A stretch of DNA of 64,000 nt from Macrostomum lignano (Eukaryota), in the NCBI GenBank assembly GCA_002269645.1, contig NIVC01001924.1, positions 124,001 to 188,000 on the forward strand, read 5' to 3'. Below, one piece after another: positions 16,626 to 29,869 of this stretch (its first letter is position 1; each line of letters starts with the position of its first letter). The notes below the pieces were generated by a model that ran no database searches, was not told where the DNA came from, and saw only the letters and a list, made by a program, of their open reading frames with translations. The translations under genes and the position numbers were made by a program.

Positions 16626-19600
16626 CTACTTGGCGCCACCATCAACCCGCTGCCTCTGCCGCTGCCGGGCCATAAACCTGCTACCAGGCGTGTCCCGGCC
16701 GTCGGCAACGCCGCCCCAGTTACCGCCTAGCAACACGGTGGGCGGCCAACGCCTGCTCAAAGCTGTACTCGAATGAGTACGCAAGCTGACTGAAATATTA
16801 TCAGCAGGCGTTGTGAAACGCATTCGCTTAATAACGGCGTCTAATTGATCTAAAGTACAGCACAAAGTTTTTGTTGCAGAATCCGAATTAGCAACAGAGG
16901 CTTCCAATTGATCGCAGCGAAGTTTAGCTTGCAGAATTTCGCGTTCCAATTCTTCGTGGGAAACTGCAGCCAGCTCTGCTTCAGCTTGTTGCTGGGCAGC
17001 TGTAGAAGCAGCAATAGATATGTCAGACGAAAAGGGCGTAGCACTGGAATCGGCAGCAGCCATGTTGGACAGTATTCGAGCCTGCTGCTGTTCAGCCTGT
17101 TAATACGAGTTTTATTGCCGAATATTTTCAGGATTTTTAAATCTGCACCTTTAAATGTATTGAAATATTCACTCAGTTTTGAATATTCACCGGCGATTTT
17201 CTAGAGGTTGGAGAGTTGATTCTCTAGATGCCAGATAGTGATTCTCTAGATGCCAGATAGTGATTCTCTAGATGCCAGATAGTGATTCTCTAGATGCCAG
17301 ATAGTGATTCTCTAGATGCCAGATAGTGATTCTCTAGATGCCAGATAGTTGATTCTCTAGATGCCAGATAGTGATTCACTAGATGCCAGATAGTGATTCT
17401 CTAGATGCCAGATAGTTGATTCTCTAGATGCCAGATAGTGATTCTCTAGATGCCAGATAGTGATTCTCTAGATGCCAGATAGTGATTCTCTAGATGCCAG
17501 ATAGTTGATTCTCTAGATGCCAGATAGTGATTCTCTAGATGCCAGATAGTGATTCTCTAGATGCCAGATAGTGATTCTCTAGATGCCAGATAGTTGATTC
17601 TCTAGATGCCAGATAGTTGATTCTCTAGATGCCAGATAGTTGATTCACTAGATGCCAGATAGTGATTCTCTAGATGCCAGATAGTTGATTGATTCTCTAG
17701 ATGCCAGATAGTTGATTGATTCTTTAGATGCCAGATAGTTGATTGATTCTTTAGATGCCAGATAGTTGATTGATTCTTTAGATGCCAGATAGTTGATTGA
17801 TTCTTTAGATGCCAGATAGTTGATTGATTCTTTAGATGCCTAGATGCCAGATAGTGATTCTCTAGATGCCAGATAGTTAATTGATTCTTTAGATGCCAGA
17901 TAGTTAATTGATTCTTTAGATGCCAGATAGTTGATTGATTCTCTAGATGCCAGATAGTTGATTGATTCTTTAGATGCCAGATAGTTGATTGATTCTTTAG
18001 ATGCCAGATAGTTGATTGATTCTTTAGATGCCAGATAGTTGATTGATTCTTTAGATGCCAGATAGTTGATTGATTCTTTAGATGCCAGATAGTTGATTGA
18101 TTCTTTAGATGCCAGATAGTTGATTGATTCTTTAGATGCCAGATAGTTGATTGATTCTTTAGATGCCAGATAGTTGATTGATTCTTTAGATGCCAGATAG
18201 TTGATTGATTCTTTAGATGCCAGATAGTTGATTGATTCTTTAGATGCCTAGATGCCAGATAGTTGATTGATTCTTTAGATGCCAGATAGTTGATTGATTC
18301 TTTAGATGCCTAGATGCCAGATAGTGATTCTCTAGATGCCAGATAGTTAATTGATTCTTTAGATGCCAGATAGTTGATTGATTCTTTAGATGCCAGATAG
18401 TTGATTGATTCTTTAGATGCCAGATAGTTGATTGATTCTTTAGATGCCAGATAGTTGATTGATTCTTTAGATGCCAGATAGTTGATTGATTCTTTAGATG
18501 CCAGATAGTTGATTGATTCTTTAGATGCCTAGATGCCAGATAGTGATTCTCTAGATGCCAGATAGTTAATTGATTCTTTAGATGCCAGATAGTTGATTGA
18601 TTCTTTAGATGCCAGATAGTTGATTGATTCTTTAGATGCCAGATAGTTGATTGATTCTTTAGATGCCAGATAGTTGATTGATTCTTTAGATGCCAGATAG
18701 TTGATTGATTCTTTAGATGCCTAGATGCCAGATTGTGATTCTGTAGATGCCAGATACTGACTCTCTAGATGCCAGATACTGACTCTCTAGATGCCAGATA
18801 CTGACTCTCTAGATGCCAGATACTGATTCTCTAGATGTCAGATATTGACTCTCTAGATGCCAGATACTGACTCTCTAGATGCCAGATACTGACTCTCTAG
18901 ATGCCAGATACTGACTCTCTAGATGCCAGATACTGACTCTCTAGATGTCAGATACTGACTCTCTAGATGCCAGATACTGACTCTCTAGATGCCAGATACT
19001 GATTCTCTAGATGTCAGATATTGACTCTCTAGATGCCAGATACTGACTCTCTAGATGCCAGATACTGACTCTCTAGATGCCAGATAGTGATTTCTCTAGA
19101 TGCCAGTTAGTTTTGATTTCTAGATTTGACCAACTTGGGAAAGCGTTAGATGATTTTCAAGATGCTGATTGTTAATCAAAGTAAAACCATCAGTTCTCAA
19201 ACCGGTTCACCCCCCCCCCCATCTCTTACTAACCAGCAGTTCGTCGCGCCGTTCCCTCAACCTGCGCATATCCGAGCGCAGCTTCTGAACTTCCGGTTCG
19301 ACAGACTCCGCTAGACGAATAGACAGCTGTTGAGTCTCAAGTTGAGTCCGACAAGTCAATCGACGCTGCTCGCTGAGCATTGATTGAGTAGACTCCAAAG
19401 CCCGCTTCAGATTATCAATCGACTCTGAGCTGTTCGCACTGTCGCCTAGCAACCGAGTTCGATCAGCTTCTAATCTGCGACATCGAGTTTGCTCAGCGTT
19501 GACTGACTCAACAGCGTGACTGAGCTGGCGGCGAAGGCTGCCCGACTCGGAGGCCTGTGGGATTGCAAGGATTTTTGTTTATAGCTTTACTGGGGCAAAT

Positions 19601-20485
19601 CTCAAAGCAGGGGATTAGCGATTCTTAATGTAGGGGGATTAGAGATTCTTAATGTAGGGGGATTAGAGATTCTTAATGTAGGGGGATTAGAGATTCTTAA
19701 TGTAGGGGGATTAGAGATTCTTAATGTAGGGGGATTAGAGATTATTAATGTAGGGGGATTAGAGATTCTTAATGTAGGGGGATTAGAGATTATTAATGTA
19801 GGGGGATTAGAGATTATTAATGTAGGGGGATTAGAGATTATTAATGTAGGGGGATTAGAGATTATTAATGTAGGGGGATTAGAGATTATTAATGTAGGGG
19901 GATTAGAGATTATTAATGTAGGGGGATTAGCGATATTTAATGTAGGGGATTAGCGATATTTAATGTAGGGGATTATAATTACAACTACTCAAAAAATAAA
20001 TCATTATATATATAGATTTTGTAAGACCAACCAACCTCGATTCTGAGCGTCTTCAGTTCTTGTTCAACAGACTCAGCTTTTGCCAACCGACTGCGCAGCC
20101 TCTGCAATTCGCCTCTCAGCCAGGCGGCACTGTCAGCTGCAGCCGTGGCCAAGGATTTCTCTCTGTCCAACTGAGACACTCGAGCTAGTTCAGCATCTGT
20201 AGCGGCCTTAACCGTTGCTAAGTCGTTGTCAAGACAATGCGCAGTCTCATTAACAATAGCTGATGACGCTTCTAGTTGGCCTAACTTGTGAGTGAGTTCA
20301 CTGCAATTAGCCCGCAATGTTGCAATCTCACTGCGAAGTGATTCCACCTGGTCTAAGGAATCTAGTTGACTACTAATAACATTGGCCTGTTGAACTTGCT
20401 GAGCAATAGCAGGATGCTTGCAGCGCAGTTGCAGCAGCTGACTAGCAGCAAGTGCCGCACTTTGCTGCTGCTTTGGCTCCAGCAT
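16626..20485 (-). CDS. Uncharacterised coiled-coil protein, three exons (5' end uncertain)
   Basis: Exons 20485-20036 (MLEPKQQ...LKTLRIE), 19554-19234 (ASESGSLRRQL...RRDELL) and 17096-16626 (AEQQQARILSNMAAADS...GGAK*). All junctions are phase 0 with GT..AG (GAG|GTTGG, cacag|GCC, CTG|GTTAGT, taacag|GCT). Heptad-like L/E/Q/R/A-rich content; family not recognised. Confidence 0.68.
17216..19110. repeat. 21-26-bp minisatellite (GATTCTCTAGATGCCAGATAGT and variants) filling an intron
   Basis: Directly visible; variant units cluster in blocks. Confidence 0.97.
19610..19975. repeat. 24-bp minisatellite (TAGGGGGATTAGAGATTCTTAATG) filling an intron
   Basis: About 15 units. Confidence 0.96.
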
Positions 20486-22787
20486 AAAAATTTTATTTTT
20501 TGTTTACCATTATTAATACTTAATACTAATTATTGAAATTACAGCAGCCATATATTGACTAAAAATGCAACTTTGTTTTGCAATTCACCTAAAAACAAAG
20601 AAAAATTTTTCAATTCATCATCAAATTCTCATGAAGAGATAAACAAAAATCTAAATTTGTCAAATTGGTTTCAATTTTGTAACTTGCTATTTGTCTGCCC
20701 CAATTTGGCTAGCAGTTGCACATGTATGATTCTATTTTAATTATGGCTATAAAATATTATGACTATAGTATAGAATACAATAGCTATATATATTCTCATA
20801 GAAAACAACTGCTCTTTTAGCTAAAACCACAAAAATATAATCATTTAAAACTACAAATCAAGTTAAATAAATATAAAAGACTTAGGTTATTGATTCATTT
20901 AGGCTTGAAATACTTTTACATACAACAGCTATATAAATCATGCATTTCAAGAATACTAGAATATAGAAGATTTTGAAATCTTTTAATTCAGTTTTGTTTA
21001 ACTTGTATAACAAAATAGATAAGCTATGTTATATGAACATAAAAAGTGCTCACTTTAATTATTTGGTTGAGTAATGAGGTAGGCCTTATTTTAGCATTGT
21101 TTGTTTCCTAGAAAGTAGTATATTTGAAACTAGGCTATTTTGTTTTAATACGTATAATATTAGTAATATTGTAAATATTTTAAATATTATGAAATTTTAT
21201 TTGTTTAAAAGACCAAATCGAGAGGAGTATAAATACACAAGCTGAATAAGAAGGAGAGCAACTTGTGCTTTGCTGGCTTTAAGCTTAAAATTGTTCTAGT
21301 ATATTGCTCGATACTTACTGACTTAGTTATTTTAGAAAGCATCAGAAGCCCCAAGATTGGGAGAGTTCAACCCATTCTCAGAGAATGAGACAACTAGATC
21401 TAGGATCTAAGAAACTGTCTTTAGGAGGCAGAGATCCTACCACAGGGTAGAGAAACCCAGACTTAGAGTCTGAGAAACCCGCCTCAGGGCAGAATACCCA
21501 GCAAAGTACGCTGTGACCCTCTGATCCCAGGAACGCCCAGGACTGAGAATAATATCTTTAGAGGAGTATAGGAATAGGATAGACAGTGCCTAAAAGACCG
21601 CTCAGGCCAGAAAGTACAATAGAAGTACAGACGCTACCAGTAAAAGTATATACACTACCAATAGAAGTATAGATGCTACCAGTAAAAGTACATACACTAC
21701 CAATAGAAGTACATGCGCTACTAGTAAAAGGCAAATAATAACCAGCAATATTAACAAGAAGGAATAACCCCTGTAACAACTTTGGTGGCAGCTTTAGGAC
21801 AGTCAATAATAGGAATTAGAAAAGTAGCCCTACAACAGCTGGTAGCTAATTGGTGGGATCATTCATAAAGACAGAAGAATTCCCCACTACAACAGCTAGT
21901 GGCATAATGGTAGAATTCTCAGAGAGAGCCAACAGGCCTATAACAGTAATAAAAAAGTTATTAACATTTTTATAAAAAAATCTCAACTCTTTTAAATGGG
22001 TAAAATGTATTATAGAATATGACCTTTTTAATAAAAGTTCAGGATTTTTTATGTTAACTTTTTTAAATTGAAATTTTAGCTGTTGAGTTTGGTGTCATTT
22101 TTTAGATTTTTTATTCAGCTTTAATATGAATAAATTTTAATAATAAAAACAAAAAAATGTTTTTATATAGTATTCTAGCTCTGAAGTTAGGACCATATGT
22201 TAGATACTAGCAAAAAGTGTGCATATTTTTATTTTTTAAAGCTTTATACCTTAGTATATATTGCTCCTAAACTGACTTGAATGGTCTTAAATTGTAGAAA
22301 ACATATAAAATCATATAAATATATATAGTTACTAAGCTTTGGGCAATGTTAGACTTGGGCATCAAGATATTTCTCACTAATTTTATATTTAGGAATGTTT
22401 AAACTTTCTTTTATAATATAGCTAGCCTCAGTTTTAATCTTGGGGGAGTTGTCTAGATAAAAAACTATTAAATGGTATAGTTATACTTTAGAATTTGGAA
22501 GTGAATAAAAACATTTATTAACTTTACCTATATATTACCTTCAATTCTACATTATTAAACTGATTATACAACAAGAAATCAAAATATACTAAATTTTATA
22601 CTATAAATATAATACATTGTTATTCTTGCCATATACTTATAAATTTGAGCCCAAATTTTATCAAGAGCAATAGCATCTTGGATTTCAAGACTTTCTATTT
22701 GCTTTGTCTTGCAATTTAGTACAGAAAAAAAGCTTCAAAAAGCTTTTCCTTTCTGGATTAAAAAAATTGATTAGGCCTATTTAAATT

Positions 22788-23790
22788 TATAAAGGGCAGT
22801 AAAAAGTTCTGAGCCTTGGTTTGAAGGAGAGAGAACTAGGGCAAATGCAATCAGCTTTTTTTCTTATATAGTCTCCCTGCATTGAGCACCCCTCAAACTA
22901 GGAGGTTGCAGCATCCTTCAGTGCCTCATCAGTGTCAAATTGCTGCCTATGGAATGCTCACTTGAGATATGGAAACAGGTAAAAGTTGCTAAGGACAAGG
23001 TCTAGTAAATAGGCAGGGTGTGGCAGCTCTTAGAAGCCTGCAATGCTAACAGCTGCCTTTGCCAACCCACTGGTATAGGTACATACATTGTTTTGCAGCA
23101 GCACTAGGGCCTATACCATGGCTTAGCATTCCCCACTGATTCTCCTTGATTGCCTTGTGTAGACAGGCAATCAGATTGGCATAGTAGGCAGTGGGCACTG
23201 GGCACTTATGACTATCTGCTTGTGTGGCAAAAAGTCTAATAGGAGTAGGCCTTTGGAATCTCAAAAGATGGTAAAAATTGCCTTGCCTGCATTATATCTA
23301 GTCTGTGCCTTCAGTGGCATAGGTGCACCAACTAGAAGCCACTACTTTGACTCCTTTGACTTCAAGGATTATGGTGGTAGATCCATGTCTCATCAGCAGT
23401 CCCATAACAAAACAGAAAGCCAACAGGATCTAGATTGTAATTTTGCTAGACAAGCTTTGCATACTGTAACTACATAGACTTCTGGTCACTTGTCAAGATT
23501 TGTAGGATCCACTAGGCCAAGAAGACCTTTGACAAATGAAGATGCTGGTATAGGATCTTGATGACCAATAGTCAAAGAGCCGAGTGTTTGCCACAAATTC
23601 CTGACCTTAACCCACCAATCACCATCAACCAAGGCCTGGATGCACTGGATATTATCAGCATTGATAGCCAACTAGGGGCATCCATATGGAGGGTCATCTT
23701 TGAGAGAGTTGCAGCCAAACTTGAACTTAGCTGCCCAACACTTGATATTGGCATTTGAGGAGGCAGCCTTAGCATATATACCAGCAATGC
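22788..23790 (-). pseudogene. Decayed mariner (Tc1/mariner) transposase
   Basis: - strand fragments: KCWAAKFKFGCNSLKDDPPYGCP (cf. WFARFKSG..SLEDDPRSGRP), GTADETWIYHHNP (TGDETW), AGKAIFTIF*DSKGLLLLDFLP, YYANLIACLHKAIKE, ELPHPAYLLDLVLSNFYLFPYLK (HPPYSPDLAPSDFYLF). Many stops and frameshifts. TIR-like TATAAAGGGCAGTAAAAAGTTC at 22788. Confidence 0.9.
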
Positions 23791-25336
23791 AACTTTGGAT
23801 TTCAGCAGGTTTTGAGCCCTTGAGGGTCAGGAATTTGATCATTACCGGCTACCCTATACTCAATCTTTAGTTCCTGAGAATTTGCCATAAGTAGCTAGAA
23901 TTTACCCTATAGGAAAAAGTTGTAAAACCGCGGACGGTGTCTGGCGCACTTTTGAAATTTTTCTAAAGCGCAGCGCGCGCACAGGCGTAATAAAGGGTTG
24001 GTAAAAAAGTGCATTGAAGCGCGAAACGTTTTTAAAACAGTTCAAACGTTGTTGGAAATAACAAATAATGCTGAAATAAAAATGGAAATATTTACCAACT
24101 AAACAAATCATTGCATTCAAACAAATAATATTCACTAGAAATACATTTACTTTCTTAAATACATATGCATTAAATGTATTAAGACCACCGGAAAAAGAAA
24201 GACAAAATTAAAATTCTGGAGTTTGAATCCAGACTTATACACAGTATATTCTATCACAATATATCCGAATTTTCTTTCTTTTTTCATTTCTCTATTGCTA
24301 AAAAATACAGTACAGGAAAATTTTTACTCTAAAATAATGGGACTGTGTCCCTTTCACTCGCATTTGTAAAATTTTCCTGAATCTGAATTTTGCATGCATT
24401 CATTCTTACGAGTATGTACTATACATGGTACTACAAAAGCGATGCTTCCACTTGAAGCGGCCAAGCGGGAAAGCTGGAGCCATGAAAGGCGGCGCGTGAT
24501 TATCACATGTACATATGCTAGCTAGTACTACATTTACATGTTAACGAAATGATTCCCCGACGCGGCATTCTATAAACGTACATTGCATGACAGGGGCGCC
24601 CACCAAGAGACAGGAGTGCCAAACAAGAGACAGGGCGCCCACCGAGAGACAGTTGCGCCCACCAACAAGAGACAGCTAGGGCGCCCACCAAGAGACAGGA
24701 GCGCCCACCAAGAGCTAGGGGCGCCCACCATGAGATAATTTGCAGCCAATGGCGCCCACCAAAAGAGACAATGGGCGCCTACCTAAGAGAGACAGCTGGG
24801 TGCCCATCTAGGGACAGGGCGCCCTGCACCTGCATGCAAGAGACGTACACTTTGGTTGTCGCACCGCTACATCATCCGCTATACTTTTGATCGATCTTTC
24901 TGTTCTGCATTAAGCATTGAACTAAAATCGGTCCTGCAGTGATAATATGTAGCGTTGATGTAGTATTGAATTTAGACTTCATATTGCATGTTGGGGTACG
25001 TATGGTTGTTTGTTTGTGAGAGTTTTTATTATTAGCGATCGTAACTACTCGATTTTGTACATCAAATCGAAAAAATTGCATTGCTGTTGATGCTGTAACG
25101 GAATTCTTACAAAGTAATTTATGTAAAACTTTAAAATATAATTTAGTCATTTACTTTAAAAAAGTAAAAATCAAAATACAGAAGTACATGCGCGTACAGG
25201 CGTTCAGTATTCAACGTATTCAAGAAATAATTTTTAATCAGCAATTTGGCGCAACTATGGGTGCCCACGAAGACACCAGATATTGGCGCCGCTTAGGTTA
25301 CACCCCGGATTTAAAATTCCGCCACGGAGTGTCCGC

Positions 25337-26620
25337 ATGTGGGTGAATGCGTGTTCAGCATGTGGGTGAATGCGTATTCTACATGAGGGTGAATGCGTGT
25401 TCAGCATGTGGGTGAATGCGCGTGTTCAGCATGTGGGTGAATGCGTATTCTACATGAGGGTGAATGCGTGTTCAGCATGTGGGTGAATGCGTGTTCTGCA
25501 TGTGGGTGAATGCGTGTTCTGCATGTGGGTGAATGCGTATTCTGCATGAGGGTGAATGCGTGTTCTGCATGTGGGTGAATGCGTATTCTGCATGAGGGTG
25601 AATGCGTATTCTGCATGAGGGTGAATGCGTGTTCTGCATGTGGGTGAATGCGTATTCTGCATGAGGGTGAATGCGTGTTCAGCATGTGGGTGAATGCGTA
25701 TTCTGCATGTGGGTGAATGCGTGTTCTGCATGTGGGTGAATGCGTATTCTGCATGAGGGTGAATGCGTGTTCAGCATGTGGGTGAATGCGTATTCTGCAT
25801 GTGGGTGAATGCGTGTTCAGCATGTGGGTGAATGCGTATTCTGCATGAGGGTGAATGCGTGTTCAGCATGTGGGTGAATGCGTGTTCTGCATGAGGGTGA
25901 ATGCGTGTTCAGCATGTGGGTGAATGCGTGTTCTGCATGAGGGTGAATGCGTGTTCAGCATGTGGGTGAATGCGTGTTCTGCATGAGGGTGAATGCGTGT
26001 TCAGCATGTGGGTGAATGCGTGTTCAGCATGTGGGTGAATGCGTGTTCTGCATGTGGGTGAAAACGTGTTCTGCATGAGGGTGAATGCGTGTTCTGCATG
26101 TGGGTGAATGCGTGTTCTGCATGTGGGTGAATGCGTGTTCAGCATGAGGGTGAATGCGTGTTCTGCATGAGGGTGAATGCGTGTTCAGCATGTGGGTGAA
26201 TGCGTGTTCAGCATGTGGGTGAATGCGTGTTCTGCATGTGGGTGAAAACGTGTTCTGCATGAGGGTGAATGCGTGTTCTGCATGTGGGTGAATGCGTGTT
26301 CTGCATGTGGGTGAATGCGTGTTCAGCATGTGGGTGAATGCGTGTTCTGCATGAGGGTGAATGCGTGTTCAGCATGTGGGTGAATGCGTGTTCAGCATGT
26401 GGGTGAATGCGTGTTCTGCATGTGGGTGAATACGTGTTCTGCATGAGGGTGAATGCGTGTTCTGCATGTGGGTGAATGCGTGTTCTGCATGTGGGTGAAT
26501 GCGTGTTCTGCATGTGGGTGAATGCGTGTTCTGCATGAGGGTGAATGCGTATTCTGCATGAGGGTGAATGCGTGTTCTGCATGTGGGTGAATGCGTGTTC
26601 TACATGAGGGTGAATACGTG
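25337..26620. repeat. 23-bp minisatellite (TGCATGTGGGTGAATGCGTGTTC)
   Basis: Directly visible. Confidence 0.97.
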
Positions 26621-27307
26621 TTTTGCATGTGGGTGCATGAATACATGTTCTGCATGAGCTGGGTGAATGGGTGTTCCACATGTAGGTGAGTGTCATCGAT
26701 AATTCACCACTCGAATCTATCAAGTCAATCGGCCAGTGTGAATGCAGCGTTCATGCACTTCTAGCAGTGGTTTACGTAGCTATGTTCGTAGTGAGCTAAA
26801 AATAAATTTTCGCATTGTGCATTGTGTAGATTTTTGCATGCGAGTAGAAATCTTGTCAGGCATTCGGTTCTAAAAAGGTGGCATGAAGTTTATTTTATGG
26901 TCTTTTATTTATCTACAGGTTAATCAATAGGTAAAATGGATGAGCATCGTAAAGCTTCACAATTAAAATAGCACTTGATTTACTTGTTCGCAAATAGCCT
27001 TTTTATAGTAAAACACTTTTGACGCTGTTCTCAAACTCGGGATCTTTTTAAAAATGATTCACCGCGGTACTACCTTGAGATCAAAATACTCAAAACGGTT
27101 ATTCTTCCTTTAAAGATGGCTCCAATCTGGACCAGTTATAGGGAAATAAGTGATGTCAAGTTGAGTTTATTTCAGTAAATAACTGAACTGCATTGTAGTG
27201 AAGAACTCTATAATAATGTTGTACAGAATTGGAATCAGTAAGAAAGGCATTAAGAGGCAACAGAACTCAAAACCATTGGAATCTTACTGACGAAAGAAAC
27301 AATTACC

Positions 27308-27670
27308 ATGAGCACAACAGCTCAGCCGAGCTCCAATTCCACAAATGAGCAAAGCACAGATCAAAGGTAAAATATACTAAATCTTTTATATTTTTATTAC
27401 CTGTCGATACCGAGTTCCGATATGTTGAGTAGGACCTGCAGTTTTAACATGTTGACTGGTATCTGTCGTAATGAATAAACCTTAACTAAGAACACTCATT
27501 AATCAAAACTTGTCAGATAAGCTCTCTCAAAGAGGCAAATACAATTAGCGTTCCAAACTAAACTCATATGTTTCAGCGGCTGCACCGTACTGAATAGACC
27601 GGTAGTGAATAGGATGAGAATTCTGATTGATCAAGAAACAGCGGGAGAAGCTGCTGATGGACGCTGGATG
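27308..27670 (+). CDS. Two candidate upstream exons of the globin gene (alternative N-terminus or 5' UTR)
   Basis: 27308-27366 (MSTTAQPSSNSTNEQSTDQ, AG|GTAAAA) and 27577-27670 (tttcag|C...ATG|GTAAAC). Phases 2 and 0 are compatible with acceptor cggcag|CTT at 30598, which is in frame with the globin. Confidence 0.4.
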
Positions 27671-28279
27671 GTAAACCACACAGCTATTTTTTTCCACGAT
27701 ACAAAGCCGTAATTTGAAATTTCTAATACGAGCGTATCACTAAACTACTTATTAATAAGTACGAGTAGTATGAAGCGTGTCTAAATGTCTATTCAGCGTT
27801 TTCCAACATTTTCAATTGTATTATGAATTAAGTGAAAACAATGTTAGATCATTGTTATGCATTGTAAATAATTTTAGCTCGTATTCTGAGGCATGCTTGT
27901 GCTGTTCCGGAAGTGTTAAATGTTAATGATACTTTAATAACTTTCTACAAAACTTTTTACCAGTGTTTTGTTTCCAGATACTCCTACTAGTTCCGCTATT
28001 CATCAGTTAATCCATTTCTTTGCGTATTAATTATACAGAGCCTTTACACAGGCAGTAAAAGCAAAATGGCACTCATTTTGGATTTTTATTTGTACCCACT
28101 AGTTCAATGCACTTCTGCTGCACATGTCTATTTTTAGCAGTTTGTGTGTACAAATCTTGCACAAGATTGAGCATCTTCTTCGAGCTAGGTGCATTCAAAC
28201 AATAGCGTCTGCGTCTACATGTACAAATTAATAATTTAGTTACTATTTGCAACTTTGTATCATATTAGTACAGCTTTGA

Positions 28280-29345
28280 AAGGGAAGATCAGAGAGAAGA
28301 GATCAGAGATGGACAAGATCATGGAGAGGAGGGATATCAGAGAGGAGAGATCAGAGATGGAAGAAGATCAGAGAGGAGAGATCAGAGAGGAGGGATCAGA
28401 GAGGAGAGATCGGAGAGGAGAGATCATAGAGGAGAGATCATAGAGGAGAGATCGGAGAGGAGAGATCATAGAGGAGAGATCTGAGAGGAGAGATCTGAGA
28501 GGAGGGATCAGAGAGGAGAGATCGGAGAGGAGAGATCAGAGATGGAAGAAGATCATAGAGGAGAGATCATAGAGGAGAGATCATAGAGGAGAGATCGGAG
28601 AGGAGAGATCATAGAGGAGAGATCTGAGCGGAGGGATCAGAGAGGAGAGATCGGAGAGGAGAGATCAGAGATGGAAGAAGATCATAGAGGAGAGGTCAGA
28701 GATGGACAAGATCATGGAGAGGAGGGATCAGAGAGGAGAGATCAGAGATGGAAGAAGATCAGAGAGGAGAGATCAGAGAGGAGGGATCAGAGAGGAGAGA
28801 TCGGAGAGGAGAGATCATAGAGGAGAGATCATAGAGGAGAGATCATAGAGGAGAGATCATAGAGGAGAGATCATAGAGGAGAGATCATAGAGGAGAGATC
28901 GGAGAGGAGAGATCATAGAGGAGAGATCTGAGAGGAGAGATCAGAGAGGAGAGATCGGAGAGGAGAGATCAGAGATGGAAGAAGATCATAGAGGAGAGAT
29001 CATAGAGGAGAGATCATAGAGGAGAGATCGGAGAGGAGAGATAATAGAGGAGAGATCTGAGAGGAGAGATCAGAGAGGAGAGATCGGAGAGGAGAGATCA
29101 GAGATGGAAGAAGATCATAGAGGAGAGGTCAGAGAGGAGAGATCAGAGAAGAGATCAGAGAGGGGAGATCAGAGAGGGGAGATCAGAGAGGGGAGATCAG
29201 AGAGGGGAGATCAGAGAGGGGAGATCAGAGAGGGGAGATCAGAGAGGGAGATCAGAGAGAGGAGATCAGAGAGGGGAGATCAGAGAGGAGATCAGAGAGG
29301 GTAGATCAGAGAGGGTAGAGAGGGGAGATCAGAGAGGAGAGATCA
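28280..29345. repeat. 14-bp purine-rich minisatellite (GAGAGGAGAGATCA)
   Basis: Directly visible. Confidence 0.95.
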
Positions 29346-29869
29346 GAGGGGTCCTCCTTACAGATTGAAAATGAAACCACATGAAAGTGGTTCACATGCG
29401 TTGATAGGTTATTTTCGATCAGACAGAAACCCCCTGTCACAGCATACAACTGTTGCCAATGGGTTAGCCATTCAATAGCTAAAATGTAGGCTTCTTTGTA
29501 TCAGCGGGGTCAAATCTGAGATATCTGGAATCACCTGGCTGCAGAGCCTTCAGGAAGGCCGAAACAAATAAATATGAAAGTAACGATTTGGCTCCTTGTT
29601 TTGTTACTTTTCCTGGTCTTGATTGTTAAATATACTTTTCAACACGGGTTTGATACATGTAATTATTTTGCAACTTTCTTACTTGAGAAAGTTTTTTATC
29701 TGCTGCTTCTTCCGTGTGCCAGGTTTTTTCCATTGCTTAAATATCATCTCCGTTTCTAATTCTATCTTCCCTTCTACACCTTCCATCTCCCTCATCTCTA
29801 CCCCCTCTCAACCCCTATCTCTACGTTTCAACTTTCTCCGTCTTTCCTTTTTATATGACAGCGGATAAG

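Noticed and set aside
23046-24135. Short ORFs as independent genes
   Set aside because: They are fragments or antisense readings of the decayed mariner, or of AT-rich sequence.
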